In this document: positions 51,301-64,000 of the stretch, piece after piece | Layout of the letters: each line of letters opens with the position of its first letter | Position numbering within the stretch: position 1 is the first letter of the stretch | Origin: Eledone cirrhosa | Lineage: Eukaryota | NCBI GenBank assembly: GCA_964016885.1 | Contig: CAXHJY010000096.1 | Location: 2,294,001-2,358,000, forward strand | Reading direction: 5' to 3' | DNA: 64,000 nt | Notes under the pieces: generated by a model | Databases searched by the model: none | The model's input: only the letters and a program-made list of their open reading frames with translations | Told to the model about the DNA's origin: nothing | Program-made: the position numbers and the translations under genes

Positions 51301-54300
51301 TTGTAAAAAAAATCAGGGGGAGATAATTTGTAAAAAAAAATCAGGGGTAGATAATTTGTAAAAAAAAATCAGGGGGAGATAATTTGTAAAAAAAATCAAG
51401 GGGAGATAATTTCCAGCCGTCCAAGGGGCTATAATTTCCAGCGTCCAAGGGGAGATAATTTCCAGCCAGCGAAGGGGAGATAATTTTTTTTTCAAAATCA
51501 TTGGGAGATTTGTAAAAAAAATCAGGGGGAGATAATTTGTAAAAAAAATCAAGGGGAGATAATTTCCAGCCGTCCAAGGGGAGGTAATATCTAGCCGTCC
51601 AAGGGGAGATAATTTCCAGCCGTCCAAGGGTAGATAATATCCAGCCGTCCAAGGACATATTTTCCAGCCGTCCAAGGAGAGGTAATTTCTAGCCGTCCAA
51701 GGGGAGATAAATTCCAGCCTCCAAGGGGAGATAATTTCCAGCCAGCCAAGGGGAGATAATTTGTAAAAAAATCAGGGGGAGATAATTTGTAAAAAAAATC
51801 AGGGGGAGATAATTTGTAAAAAAAAATCAGGGGGAGATAATTTGTAAAAAAAATCAGGGGGAGATAATTTGTAAAAAAATCAGGGGGAGATAATTTGTAA
51901 AAGAGAAATCAGGGGGAGATAATTTGTAAAAAAAATCAGGGGGAGATAATTTCCAGCCGTCCAAGGGGAGATAATTTTCAGCCGTCCAAGGGGAGATAAT
52001 TTCCCGCCAGCCAAGGGAAGATAATATTCAAAAAAATCAGGCGGAGATAATTTGTAAAAAAAATCAGGGGGAGATAATTTGTAAAAAAATCAGGGGGAGA
52101 TAATTTGTAAAAAAAAAATCAGGGGGAGATAATTTGTAAAAAAAATCAGGGGGAGATAATTTGTAAAAAAAAATCAGGGGTAGATAATTTGTAAAAAAAA
52201 ATCAGGGGGAGATAATTTGTAAAAAAAAATCAGGGGGAGATAATTTGTAAAAAAAATGAAAGGGGAGATAATATCCAGCCGTCCAAGGGGAGATAATTTC
52301 CAGCCGTCCAAGGGGAGATAATTTCCAGCCGTCCAAGGGGAGATAATTTCCATCCTTCCAAGGGGATATAATTTCCAGCCGTCCAAGGGGAGATAATTTC
52401 CATCCTTCCAAGGGGATATAATTTCCAGCCGTCCAAGGGGAGATAATTTTCAGCCGTCCAAGGAGAGGTAATTTCTAGCCGTCCAAGGAGAGATAATTTC
52501 CAGCCGTCCAAGGGGAGATAATTTCCAGCCGTCCAAGGGGAGATAATTTCCAGCCGTCCAAGGAGACATATTTTCCAGCCGTCCAAGGAGAGGTAATTCC
52601 TAGCCGTCCAAGGGGAGATAAATTCCAGCCTCCAAGGGGAGATAATTTCCAGCCAGCCAAGGGGAGATAATTTGTAAAAAAAATCAGGGGGAGATAATTT
52701 GTAAAAAAAATCAGGGGGAGATAAATTGTAAAAAAAAATCAGGGGGAGATAATTTGTAAAAAAAATCAAGGGGAGATAATTTCCAGCCGTCCAAGGGGAG
52801 ATAATTTTCAGCCGTCCAAGGGGAGATAATTTCCCGCCAGCCAAGGGAAGATAATATTCAAAAAAATCAGGCGGAGATAATTTGTAAAAAAAATCAGGGG
52901 GAGATAATTTGTAAAAAAATCAGGGGGAGATAATTTGTAAAAAAAAAATCAGGGGGAGATAATTTGTAAAAAAAATCAGGGGGAGATAATTTGTAAAAAA
53001 AAATCAGGGGTAGATAATTTGTAAAAAAAAATCAGGGGGAGATAATTTGTAAAAAAAAATCAGGGGGAGATAATTTGTAAAAAAAATGAAAGGGGAGATA
53101 ATATCCAGCCGTCCAAGGGGAGATAATTTCCAGCCGTCCAAGGGGAGATAATATCCAGCCGTCCAAGGGGAGATAATTTCCATCCTTCCAAGGGGATATA
53201 ATTTCCAGCCGTCCAAGGGGAGATAATTTCCATCCTTCCAAGGGGATATAATTTCCAGCCGTCCAAGGGGAGATAATTTTCAGCCGTCCAAGGAGAGGTA
53301 ATTTCTAGCCGTCCAAGGAGAGATAATTTCCAGCCGTCCAAGGGGAGATAATTTCCAGCCGTCCAAGGGGAGATAATTTCCAGCCGTCCAAGGAGACATA
53401 TTTTCCAGCCGTCCAAGGAGAGGTAATTCCTAGCCGTCCAAGGGGAGATAAATTCCAGCCTCCAAGGGGAGATAATTTCCAGCCAGCCAAGGGGAGATAA
53501 TTTGTAAAAAAATCAGGGGGAGATAATTTGTAAAAAAAATCAGGGGGAGATAATTTGTAAAAAAAAATCAGGGGTAGATAATTTGTAAAAAAAAATCAGG
53601 GGGAGATAATTTGTAAAAAAATCAAGGGGAGATAATTTCCAGCCGTCCAAGGGAAGATAATTTCCAGCCCTCCAAGGGGCTATAATTTCCAGCGTCCAAG
53701 GGGAGATAATTTCCAGCCAGCGAAGGGGAGATAATTTTTTTAAAAAAATCATTGGGAGATTTGTAAAAAAAATCAGGGGGAGATGATTTGTAAAAAAAAT
53801 CAAGGGGAGATAATTTCCAGCCGTCCAAGGGGAGGTAATATCTAGCCGTCCAAGGGTAGATAATTTCCAGCCGTCCAACGGGAGATAATTTCCAGCCGTC
53901 CAAGGGTAGATAATATCCAGCCGCCCAAGGACATATTTTCCAGCCGTCCAAGGAGAGGTAATTTCTAGCCGTCCAAGGGGAGATAATTTCCAGCCGTCCA
54001 AGGGTAGATAATATCCAGCCGTCCAAGGAGAGGTAATTTCTAGCCGTCCAAGGGGAGATAAATTCCAGCCTCCAAGGGGAGATAATTTCCAGCCAGCGAA
54101 GGGGAGATAATTTGTAAAAAAATCAGGGGGAGATAATTTGTAAAAAAAATCAGGGGGAGATAATTTGTAAAAAAAAATCAGGGGGAGATAATTTGTAAAA
54201 AAAAATCAGGGGGAGATAATTTGCAAAAAAAATCAGGGGGAGATAATTTGTAAAAAAAAATCAGGGGTAGATAATTTGTAAAAAAAAATCAGGGGGAGAT

Positions 54301-54656
54301 AATTTGTAAAAAAAAATCAGGGGGAGATAATTTGTAAAAAAAATCAAGGGGAGATAATTTCCAGCCGTCCAAGGAGAGATAATTTTAAAAAAAATCAGGC
54401 GGAGATAATTTGTAAAAAAAAATCAGGGGGAGATAATTTGTAAAAAAAAATCAGGGGGAGATAATTTGTAAAAAAAAATCAGGGGGAGATAATTTGTAAA
54501 AAAAATCAGGAGGAGATAATTTGTAAAAAAAATCAAGGGGAGATAATTTCCAGCCGTCCAAGGAGAGATAATTTAAAAAAAAATCAGGCGGAGATAATTT
54601 GTAAAAAAAAATCAGGGGGAGATAATTTGTAAAAAAAAATCAGGGGGAGATAATTT
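39357..54656 (+). repeat. Unit 2 of the ~15.3-15.4-kb tandem duplication (net 180 bp shorter)
   Basis: Colinear with 23915-39395 until it diverges at 54657. The offset change localises to 30.5-31.0 kb versus 45.9-46.3 kb. Confidence 0.9.
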
Positions 54657-57600
54657 GTAAAAAAAAATCAAGGGGAGATAATTTCCAGCCGTCCAAGGGG
54701 AGATAATTTTCAGCCGTCCAAGGAGAGGTAATTTCTAACCGTCCGAGGAGAGATAATTTCCAGCCGTCCAAGGGGAGATAATTTCCAGCCGTCCAAGGGG
54801 AGATAATTTCCAGCCGTCCAAGGAGACATATTTTCCAGCCGTCCAAGGAGAGGTAATTTCTAGCCGTCCAAGGGGAGATAAATTCCAGCCTCCAAGGGGA
54901 GATAATTTCCAGCCAGCCAAGGGGAGATAATTTGTAAAAAAATCAGGGGGAGATAATTAGCAAAAAAAATCAGGGGGAGATAATTTGTAAAAAAAATCAG
55001 GGGGAGATAATTTGTAAAAAATAATCAGGGGGAGATAATTTCCAGCCGTCCAAGGGAAGATAATTTCCAGCCCTCCAAGGGGCTATAATTTCCAGTGTCC
55101 AAGGGGAGATAATTTCCAGCCAGCGAAGGGGAGATAATTTTTTTTAAAAAATCATTGGGAGATTTGTAAAAAAAATCAGGGGGAGATAATTTGTAAAAAA
55201 AATCAAGGGGAGATAATTTCCAGCCGTCCAAGGGGAGGTAATATCTAGCCGTCCAAGGGGAGATAATTTCCAGCCGTCCAAGGGGAGATAATTTCCAGCC
55301 GTCCAAGGGTAGATAATTTCCAGCCGTCCAACGGGAGATAATTTCCAGCCGTCCAAGGGTAGATAATATCCAGCCGCCCAAGGACATATTTTCCAGCCGT
55401 CCAAGGAGAGGTAATTTCTAGCCGTCCAAGGGGAGATAATTTCCAGCCGTCCAAGGGGAGGTAATATCTAGCCGTCCAAGGGTAGATAATTTCCAGCCGT
55501 CCAACGGGAGATAATTTCCAGCCGTCCAAGGGTAGATAATATCCAGCCGCCCAAGGACATATTTTCCAGCCGTCCAAGGAGAGGTAATTTCTAGCCGTCC
55601 AAGGGGAGATAATTTCCAGCCGTCCAAGGGTAGATAATATCCAGCCGTCCAAGGACATATTTTCCAGCCGTCCAAGGAGAGGTAATTTCTAGCCGTCCAA
55701 GGGGAGATAAATTCCAGCCTCCAAGGGGAGATAATTTCCAGCCAGCCAAGGGGAGATAATTTGTAAAAAAAATCAAGGGGAGATAATTTCCAGCCGTCCA
55801 AGGAGAGATAATTTTAAAAAAAATCAGGCGGAGATAATTTGTAAAAAAAAATCAGGGGGAGATAATTTGTAAAAAAAAATCAGGGGGAGATAATTTGTAA
55901 AAAAAAATCAGGGGGAGATAATTTGTAAAAAAAATCAGGAGGAGATAATTTGTAAAAAAAATCAAGGGGAGATAATTTCCAGCCGTCCAAGGAGAGATAA
56001 TTTTAAAAAAAATCAGGCGGAGATAATTTGTAAAAAAAAATCAGGGGGAGATAATTTGTAAAAAAAAATCAGGGGGAGATAATTTGTAAAAAAAAATCAA
56101 GGGGAGATAATTTCCAGCCGTCCAAGGGGAGATAATTTTCAGCCGTCCAAGGGGAGATAATTTCCAGCCGTCCAAGGAGACATATTTTCCAGCCGTCCAA
56201 GGAGAGGTAATTTCTAGCCGTCCAAGGGGAGATAAATTCCAGCCTCCAAGGGGAGATAATTTCCAGCCAGCCAAGGGGAGATAATTTGTAAAAAAATCAG
56301 GGGGAGATAATTTGCAAAAAAAATCAGGGGGAGATAATTTGTAAAAAAAATCAGGGGGAGATAATTTGTAAAAAATAATCAGGGGGAGATAATTTCCAGC
56401 CGTCGAAGGGGAGATAATTTTAAAAAAAATCAGGCGGAGATAATTTGTAAAAAAAAATCAGGGGGAGATAATTTGTAAAAAAAAATCAGGGGGAGATAAT
56501 TTGTAAAATAAATCAAGGGGAGATAATTTCCAGCCGTCCAAGGGGAGATAATTTCCCGCCAGCCAAGGGAAGATAATATTTAAAAAAATTAGGCGGAGTT
56601 AATTTGTAAAAAAAATCAGGGGGAGATAATTTGTAAAAAAATCAGGGGGAGATAATTTGTAAAAAAAATCAGGGGGAGATAATTTGTAAAAAAAATCATG
56701 GGGAGATAATTTGTAAAAAAAAATCAGGGGTAGATAATTTGTAAAAGAAAATCAGGGGGAGATAATTTGTAAAAAAAAATCAGGGGGAGATAATTTGTAA
56801 AAAAAATCAAGGGGAGATAATTTCCAGCCGTCCAAGGGGAGATAATTTTCAGCCGTCCAAGGAGAGGTAATTTCTAGCCGTCCAAGGGGAGATAATTTCC
56901 AGCCGTCCAAGGGGAGGTAATTTCCAGCCGTCCAAGGGGAGATAATTTTAAAAAAAAAATCAGGCGGAGATAATTTGTAAAAAAAATCAAGGGGAGATAA
57001 TTTGCAGCCGTCCAAGGGGAGATAATTTTCAGTCGTCCAAGGAGAGGTAATTTCTAGCCGTCCAAGGGGAGATAATTGCCAGCCGTCCAAGGGGAGATAA
57101 TTTCCAGCCGTCCAAGGGGAGATAATTTTTTTTAAAAAATCAGGCGGAGATAATTTGTAAAAAAAATCAGGGGGAGATAATTTGTAAACAAAATCAGGGG
57201 GAGATAATTTGTAAAAAAAAATCAGGGGGAGATAATTTGTAAAAAAAATCAAGGGGAGATAATTTCCAGCCGTCCAAGGGAAGATAATTTCCAGCCCTCC
57301 AAGGGGCTATAATTTCCAGCGTCCAAGGGGAGATAATTTCCAGCCAGCGAAGGGGAGATAATTTTTTTTAAAATATCATTGGGAGATTTGTAAAAAAAAT
57401 CAGGGGGAGATAATTTGTAAAAAAAATCAAGGGGAGATAATTTCCAGCCGTCCAAGGGGAGGTAATATCTAGCCGTCCAAGGGGAGATAATTTCCAGCCG
57501 TCCAAGGGGAGATAATTTCCAGCCGTCCAAGGGTAGATAATATCCAGCCGTCCAAGGACATATTTTCCAGCCGTCCAAGGAGAGGTAATTTCTAGCCGTC

Positions 57601-60600
57601 CAAGGGGAGATAAATTCCAGCCTCCAAGGGGAGATAATTTCCAGCCAGCCAAGGGGAGATAATTTGTAAAAAAATCAGGGGGAGATAATTTGTAAAAAAA
57701 ATCAGGGGGAGATAATTTGTAAAAAAAAATCAGGGGGAGATAATTTGTTAAAAAAAATCAGGGGGAGATAATTTGTAAAAAAAAATCAGGGGGAGATAAT
57801 TTGTAAAAAAAATCAAGGGGAGATAATTTCCAGCCGTCCAAGGGGAGATAATTTTCAGCCGTCCAAGGGGAGATAATTTCCCGCCAGCCAAGGGAAGATA
57901 ATATTTAAAAAAATCAGGCGGAGATAATTTGTAAAAAAAATCAGGGGGAGATAATTTGTAAAAAATTCAGGGGGAGATAATTTGTAAAAAAAAAATCAGG
58001 GGGAGATAATTTGTACAAAAAATCAGGGGGAGATAATTTGTAAAAAAAAATCAGGGGTAGATAATTTGTAAAAAAAATCAGGGGGAGATAATTTGTAAAA
58101 AAAATGAAAGGGGAGATAATATCCAGCCGTCCAAGGGGAGATAATTTCCAGCCGTCCAAGGGGAGATAATTTCCAGCCGTCCAAGGGGAGATAATTTCCA
58201 TCCTTCCAAGGGGATATAATTTCCAGCCGTCCAAGGGGAGATAATTTCCCGCCAGCCAAGGGAAGATAATTTTTTAAAAAATCAGGCGGAGATTGTAAAA
58301 AAAATCAGGGGGGAGATAATTTGTAAAAAAATCAGGGGGAGATAATTTGTAAAAAAAAATCAGGGGGAGATAATTTGTAAAAAATAATCAGGGGGAGATA
58401 ATTTGTAAAAAAAAATCAAGGGGAGATAATTTCCAGCCGTCCAAGGGGAGATAATTTCCATCCTTCCAAGGGGATATAATTTCCAGCCGTCCAAGGGGAG
58501 ATAATTTCCCGCCAGCCAAGGGAAGATGATTTTTAAAAAAATCAGGCGGAGATTGTAAAAAAAATCAGGGGGGGAGATAATTTGTAAAAAAATCAGGGGG
58601 AGATAATTTGTAAAAAAAAAATCAGGGGGAGATAATTTGTAAAAAAAAATCAGGGGGAGATAATTTGTAAAAAAAAATCAGGGGGAGATAATTTGTAAAA
58701 AAAATTAGGCGTAGATAATTTGTAAAAAAAAATCAGGGGGAGATAATTTGTAAAAAAAAATCAGGGGGAGATAATTTGTTTAAAAAATCAAGGGGAGATA
58801 ATTTGCAGCCGTCCAAGGGGAGATAGTTTTCAGCCGTCCAAGGAGAGGTAATTTCTAGCCGTTCAAGGGGAGATAATTTCCAGCCGTCCAAGGGGAAATA
58901 ATTTCCAGCCGTCCAAGGGGAGATAATTTTTTAAAAAAAATCAGGCGGAGATAATTTGTAAAAAAAATCAGGGGGAGATAATTCGTAAAAAAAACAGGGG
59001 GAGATAATTTGTAAAAAAAATTCAGGGGGAGATAATTTGTAAAAAAAATCAAGGGGAGATAATTTCCAGCCGTCCAAGGGGAGGTAATATCTAGCCGTCC
59101 AAGGGGAGATAATTTCCAGCCGTCCAAGGGGAGATAATTTTTTTTAAAAAATCAGGCGGAGATAATTTGTAAAAAAAAATCAGGGGGAGATAATTCGTAA
59201 AAAAAAATCAGGGGGAGATAATTTGTAAAAAAAATCAAGGAGAGATAATTTCCAGCCGTCCAAGGGGAGATAATTTCCAGCCGTCCAAGGAGACATATTT
59301 TCCAGCCGTCCAAGGCGAGGTAATTTCTAGCCGTCCAAGGGGAGATAAATTCCAGCCTCCAAGGGGAGATAATTTCCAGCCAGCCAAGTGGAGATAATTT
59401 GTAAAAAAATCAGGGGGAGATAATTTGTAAAAAATATCAGGGAGATAATTTGTAAAAAAAAATCAGGGGGAGATAATTTGTAAAAAAAATCAGGGGGAGA
59501 TAATTTGTAAAAAAAAATCAGGGGGAGATAATTTGTAAAAAAAATCAAGGGGTGATACTTTCCAGCCGTCCAAGGGGAGATAATTTTCAGCCGTCCAAGG
59601 GGAGATAATTTCCCGCCAGCCAAGGGAAGATAATTTCTAAATAAATCAGGCGGAGATTGTAAAAAAAATCAGGGGGGAGATAATTTGTAAAAAAATCAGG
59701 GGGAGATAATTTGTAAAAAATAATCAGAGGGAGATAATTTGTAAAAAAATTCAAGGGGAGATAATTTCCAGCCGTCCAAGGGAAGATAATTTCCCGCCAG
59801 CCAAGGGAAGATAATATTTAAAAAAATTAGGCGGAGATAATTTGTAAAAAAAATCAGGGGGAGATAATTTGTAAAAAAATCAGGGGGAGATAATTTGTAA
59901 AAAAAATCAGGGGGAGATAATTTGTAAAAAAAATTATGGGGAGATAATTTGTAAAAAAAAATCAGGGGTAGATAATTTGTAAAAAAAAATCAGGGGGAGA
60001 TAATTTGTAAAAAAAAATCAGGGGGAGATAATTTGTAAAAAAAATCAAGGGGAGATAATTTCCAGCCGTCCAAGGGGAGATAATTTTCAGCCGTCCAAGG
60101 GGAGATAATTTCCCGCCAGCCAAGGGAAGATAATATTTAAAAAAATCAGGCGGAGATAATTTGTAAAAAAAATCAGGGGGAGATAATTTGTAAAAAATTC
60201 AGGGGGAGATAATTTGTAAAAAAAAAATCAGGGGGAGATAATTTGTAAAAAAAATCAGGGGGAGATAATTTGTAAAAAAAAATCAGGGGTAGATAATTTG
60301 TAAAAAAAATCAGGGGGAGATAATTTGTAAAAAAAATGAAAGGGGAGATAATATCCAGCCGTCCAAGGGGAGATAATTTCCAGCCGTCCAAGGGGAGATA
60401 ATTTCCAGCCGTCCAAGGGGAGATAATTTCCATCCTTCCAAGGGGATATAATTTCCAGCCGTCCAAGGGGAGATAATTTCCCGCCAGCCAAGGGAAGATA
60501 ATTTTTTAAAAAATCAGGCGGAGATTGTAAAAAAAATCAGGGGGGAGATAATTTGTAAAAAAATCAGGGGGAGATAATTTGTAAAAAAAAATCAGGGGGA

Positions 60601-63600
60601 GATAATTTGTAAAAAATAATCAGGGGGAGATAATTTGTAAAAAAAAATCAAGGGGAGATAATTTCCAGCCGTCCAAGGGGAGATAATTTCCATCCTTCCA
60701 AGGGGATATAATTTCCAGCCGTCCAAGGGGAGATAATTTCCCGCCAGCCAAGGGAAGATGATTTTTAAAAAAATCAGGCGGAGATTGTAAAAAAAATCAG
60801 GGGGGGAGATAATTTGTAAAAAAATCAGGGGGAGATAATTTGTAAAAAAAAAATCAGGGGGAGATAATTTGTAAAAAAAAATCAGGGGGAGATAATTTGT
60901 AAAAAAAAATCAGGGGGAGATAATTTGTAAAAAAAATTAGGCGTAGATAATTTGTAAAAAAAAATCAGGGGGAGATAATTTGTAAAAAAAAATCAGGGGG
61001 AGATAATTTGTTTAAAAAATCAAGGGGAGATAATTTGCAGCCGTCCAAGGGGAGATAGTTTTCAGCCGTCCAAGGAGAGGTAATTTCTAGCCGTTCAAGG
61101 GGAGATAATTTCCAGCCGTCCAAGGGGAAATAATTTCCAGCCGTCCAAGGGGAGATAATTTTTTTTAAAAAATCAGGCGGAGATAATTTGTAAAAAAAAT
61201 CAGGGGGAGATAATTCGTAAAAAAAACAGGGGGAGATAATTTGTAAAAAAAAATCAGGGGGAGATAATTTGTAAAAAAAATCAAGGGGAGATAATTTCCA
61301 GCCGTCCAAGGGGAGGTAATATCTAGCCGTCCAAGGGGAGATAATTTCCAGCCGTCCAAGGGGAGATAATTTTTTTTAAAAAATCAGGCGGAGATAATTT
61401 GTAAAAAAAAATCAGGGGGAGATAATTCGTAAAAAAAAATCAGGGGGAGATAATTTGTAAAAAAAATCAAGGAGAGATAATTTCCAGCCGTCCAAGGGGA
61501 GATAATTTCCAGCCGTCCAAGGAGACATATTTTCCAGCCGTCCAAGGCGAGATAATTTCTAGCCGTCCAAGGGGAGATAAATTCCAGCCTCCAAGGGGAG
61601 ATAATTTCCAGCCAGCCAAGTGGAGATAATTTGTAAAAAAATCAGGGGGAGATAATTTGTAAAAAATATCAGGGAGATAATTTGTAAAAAAAAATCAGGG
61701 GGAGATAATTTGTAAAAAAAATCAGGGGGAGATAATTTGTAAAAAAAAATCAGGGGGAGATAATTTGTAAAAAAAATCAAGGGGTGATAATTTCCAGCCG
61801 TCCAAGGGGAGATAATTTTCAGCCGTCCAAGGGGAGATAATTTCCCGCCAGCCAAGGGAAGATAATTTCTAAATAAATCAGGCGGAGATTGTAAAAAAAA
61901 TCAGGGGGGAGATAATTTGTAAAAAAATCAGGGGGAGATAATTTGTAAAAAATAATCAGAGGGAGATAATTTGTAAAAAAATTCAAGGGGAGATAATTTC
62001 CAGCCGTCCAAGGGAAGATAATTTCCCGCCAGCCAAGGGAAGATAATATTTAAAAAAATTAGGCGGAGATAATTTGTAAAAAAAATCAGGGGGAGATAAT
62101 TTGTAAAAAAATCAGGGGGAGATAATTTGTAAAAATAATCAGGGGGAGATAATTTGTAAAAAAAATTATGGGGAGATAATTTGTAAAAAAAAATCAGGGG
62201 TAGATAATTTGTAAAAAAAAATCAGGGGGAGATAATTTGTAAAAAAAAATCAGGGGGAGATAATTTGTAAAAAAAATCAAGGGGAGATAATATCCAGCCG
62301 TCCAAGGAGAGATAATTTTTAAAAAAAATGAGGCGGAGATAATTTGTAAAAAAAAAATCAGGGGGAGTTAATTTGTAAAAAAAAATGAGGGGGAGATAAT
62401 TTGTAAAAAAAATCAAGGGGAGATAATTTCCAGCCGTCCAAGGGGAGATAATTTTCAGCCGTCCAAGGAGAGGTAATTTCTAGCCGTCGAAGGGGAGATA
62501 ATTTCCAGCCGTCCAAGGGGAGGTCATTTCCAGCCGTCCAAGGGGAGATAATTTTTAAAAAAAAATCAGGCGGAGATAATTTGTAAAAAAAATCAAGGGG
62601 AGATAATTTGCAGCCGTCCAAGGGGAGATAATTTTCAGTCGTCCAAGGAGAGGTAATTTCTAGCCGTCCAAGGGGAGATAATTTCCAGCCGTCCAAGGGG
62701 AGATAATTTCCAGCCGTCCAAGGGGAGATAATTTTTTTTTAAAAATCAGGCGGAGATAATTTGTAAAAAAAATCAGGAGGAGATAATTTGTAAAAAAAAA
62801 TCAGGGGGAGATAATTTGTAAAAAAAATTAGGCGTAGATAATTTGTAAAAAAAAATCAGGGGGAGATAATTTGTAAAAAAAAATCAGGGGGAGATAATTT
62901 GTTTAAAAAATCAAGGGGAGATAATTTGCAGCCGTCCAAGGGGAGATAATTTTCAGCCGTCCAAGGAGACGTAATTTCTAGCCGTTCAAGGGGAGATAAT
63001 TTCCAGCCGTCCAAGGGGAGATAATTTCCAGCCGTCCAAGGGGAGATAATTTTTTTTAAAAAATCAGGCGGAGATAATTTGTAAAAAAAATCAGGGGGAG
63101 ATAATTCGTAAAAAAAAATCAGGGGGAGATAATTTGTAAAAAAAAATCAGGGGCAGATAATTTGTAAAAAAAATCAAGGGGAGATAATTTCCAGCCGTCC
63201 AAGGGGAGGTAATATCTAGCCGTCCAAGGGGAGATAATTTCCAGCCGTCCAAGGGGAGATAATTTCCAGCCGTCCAAGGGGAGATAATTTCCAGCCGTCC
63301 AAGGAGACATATTTTCCAGCCGTCCAAGGCGAGGTAATTTCTAGCCGTCCAAGGGGAGATAAATTCCAGCCTCCAAGGGGAGATAATTTCCAGCCAGCCA
63401 AGGGGAGATAATTTGTAAAAAAATCAGGGGGAGATAATTTGTAAAAAATATCAGGGAGATAATTTGTAAAAAAAAATCAGGGGGAGATAATTTGTAAAAA
63501 AAATCAGGGGGAGATAATTTGTAAAAAAAAATCAGGGGGAGATAATTTGTAAAAAAAATCAAGGGGAGATAATTTCCAGCCGTCCAAGGGGAGATAATTT

Positions 63601-64000
63601 TCAGCCGTCCAAGGAGAGGTAATTTCTAACCGTCCGAGGAGAGATAATTTCCAGCCGTCCAAGGGGAGATAATTTCCAGCCGTCCAAGGGGAGATAATTT
63701 CCAGCCGTCCAAGGAGACATATTTTCCAGCCGTCCAAGGAGAGGTAATTTCTAGCCGTCCAAGGGGAGATAAATTCCAGCCTCCAAGGGGAGATAATTTC
63801 CAGCCAGCCAAGGGGAGATAATTTGTAAAAAAATCAGGGGGAGATAATTTGCAAAAAAAATCAGGGGGAGATAATTTGTAAAAAAAATCAGGGGGAGATA
63901 ATTTGTAAAAAATAATCAGGGGGAGATAATTTCCAGCCGTCCAAGGGAAGATAATTTCCAGCCCTCCAAGGGGCTATAATTTCCAGTGTCCAAGGGGAGA
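53603..64000 (+). repeat. Copy 2 (visible part) of the ~53.6-kb-period higher-order repeat
   Basis: Position 53603 begins GAGATAATTTGTAAAAAAATCAAGGGG, as does position 1. The window end (...AGTGTCCAAGGGGAGA) matches 10381-10396. Only a handful of differences were seen. Confidence 0.93.

Larger units (their letters stand above)
1..64000 (+). repeat. Composite tandem satellite array of two interspersed monomer types (25-bp type A; 26-29-bp A-tract type B) sharing GGGGAGATAATTT
   Basis: Every line read resolves into AGGGGAGATAATTTCCAGCCGTCCA or GGGGGAGATAATTTGT(A)nTCA monomers or close variants. All are in the same orientation, with no unique insert seen, and the array runs off both window ends. 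Confidence 0.98.

Noticed and set aside
20-63811. All minus-strand ORFs as protein-coding genes
   Set aside because: They overlap in all three frames, mostly use alternative starts, are pure translations of the satellite, and are frameshifted by homopolymer length changes. No recognisable domain.
1-64000. CRISPR array (constant core plus variable part)
   Set aside because: The core is only 13 bp, the intervening segments are 12-15 bp of just two types rather than unique spacers, and there is no leader or cas gene.
1-64000. Telomerase or reverse-transcriptase de novo synthesised repeats
   Set aside because: The monomers do not resemble telomere repeats I know, rare variants are inherited in kb-scale blocks (duplication rather than templated addition), and no RT gene is present. 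A subtelomeric location is not excluded.
1-64000. Plasmid or phage iterons, or repeated ribosome-binding sites (GGAG)
   Set aside because: No rep gene or downstream ORFs; GGAG is immediately followed by ATAA; and the scale is far beyond iteron arrays.
1-64000. Pure sequencing or amplification concatemer artefact
   Set aside because: Nested duplications with consistently inherited variants and small divergence between copies indicate an evolutionary history. Exact copy number of the large units could still be misassembled.
1-64000. Inversions or embedded mobile elements
   Set aside because: No reverse-orientation monomer (AAATTATCTCCCC) or non-satellite stretch was seen on reading through. 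Very short inserts could have been missed by eye.

Overview
The whole 64 kb window is one head-to-tail tandem satellite array, roughly 2,400-2,500 monomers (estimated from a ~26 bp mean length). I saw no unique sequence, gene, RNA gene, transposon, inversion or CRISPR. Two monomer types share the core GGGGAGATAATTT: type A (25 bp, AGGGGAGATAATTTCCAGCCGTCCA) and type B (26-29 bp, GGGGGAGATAATTTGT-A7-10-TCA). They alternate in runs, and the run boundaries are usually marked by a small set of fixed variant monomers. On top of this sits a nested set of duplications: ~190, 255, 830, 2,231 and ~15,300 bp tandem units, dispersed 1.5-6 kb copies, and a ~53.6 kb repeat (38.3 + 15.3 kb). All listed ORFs are minus-strand read-throughs of the satellite. 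The host and function cannot be determined from the sequence; a eukaryotic heterochromatic, centromeric or subtelomeric satellite is the most plausible inference.
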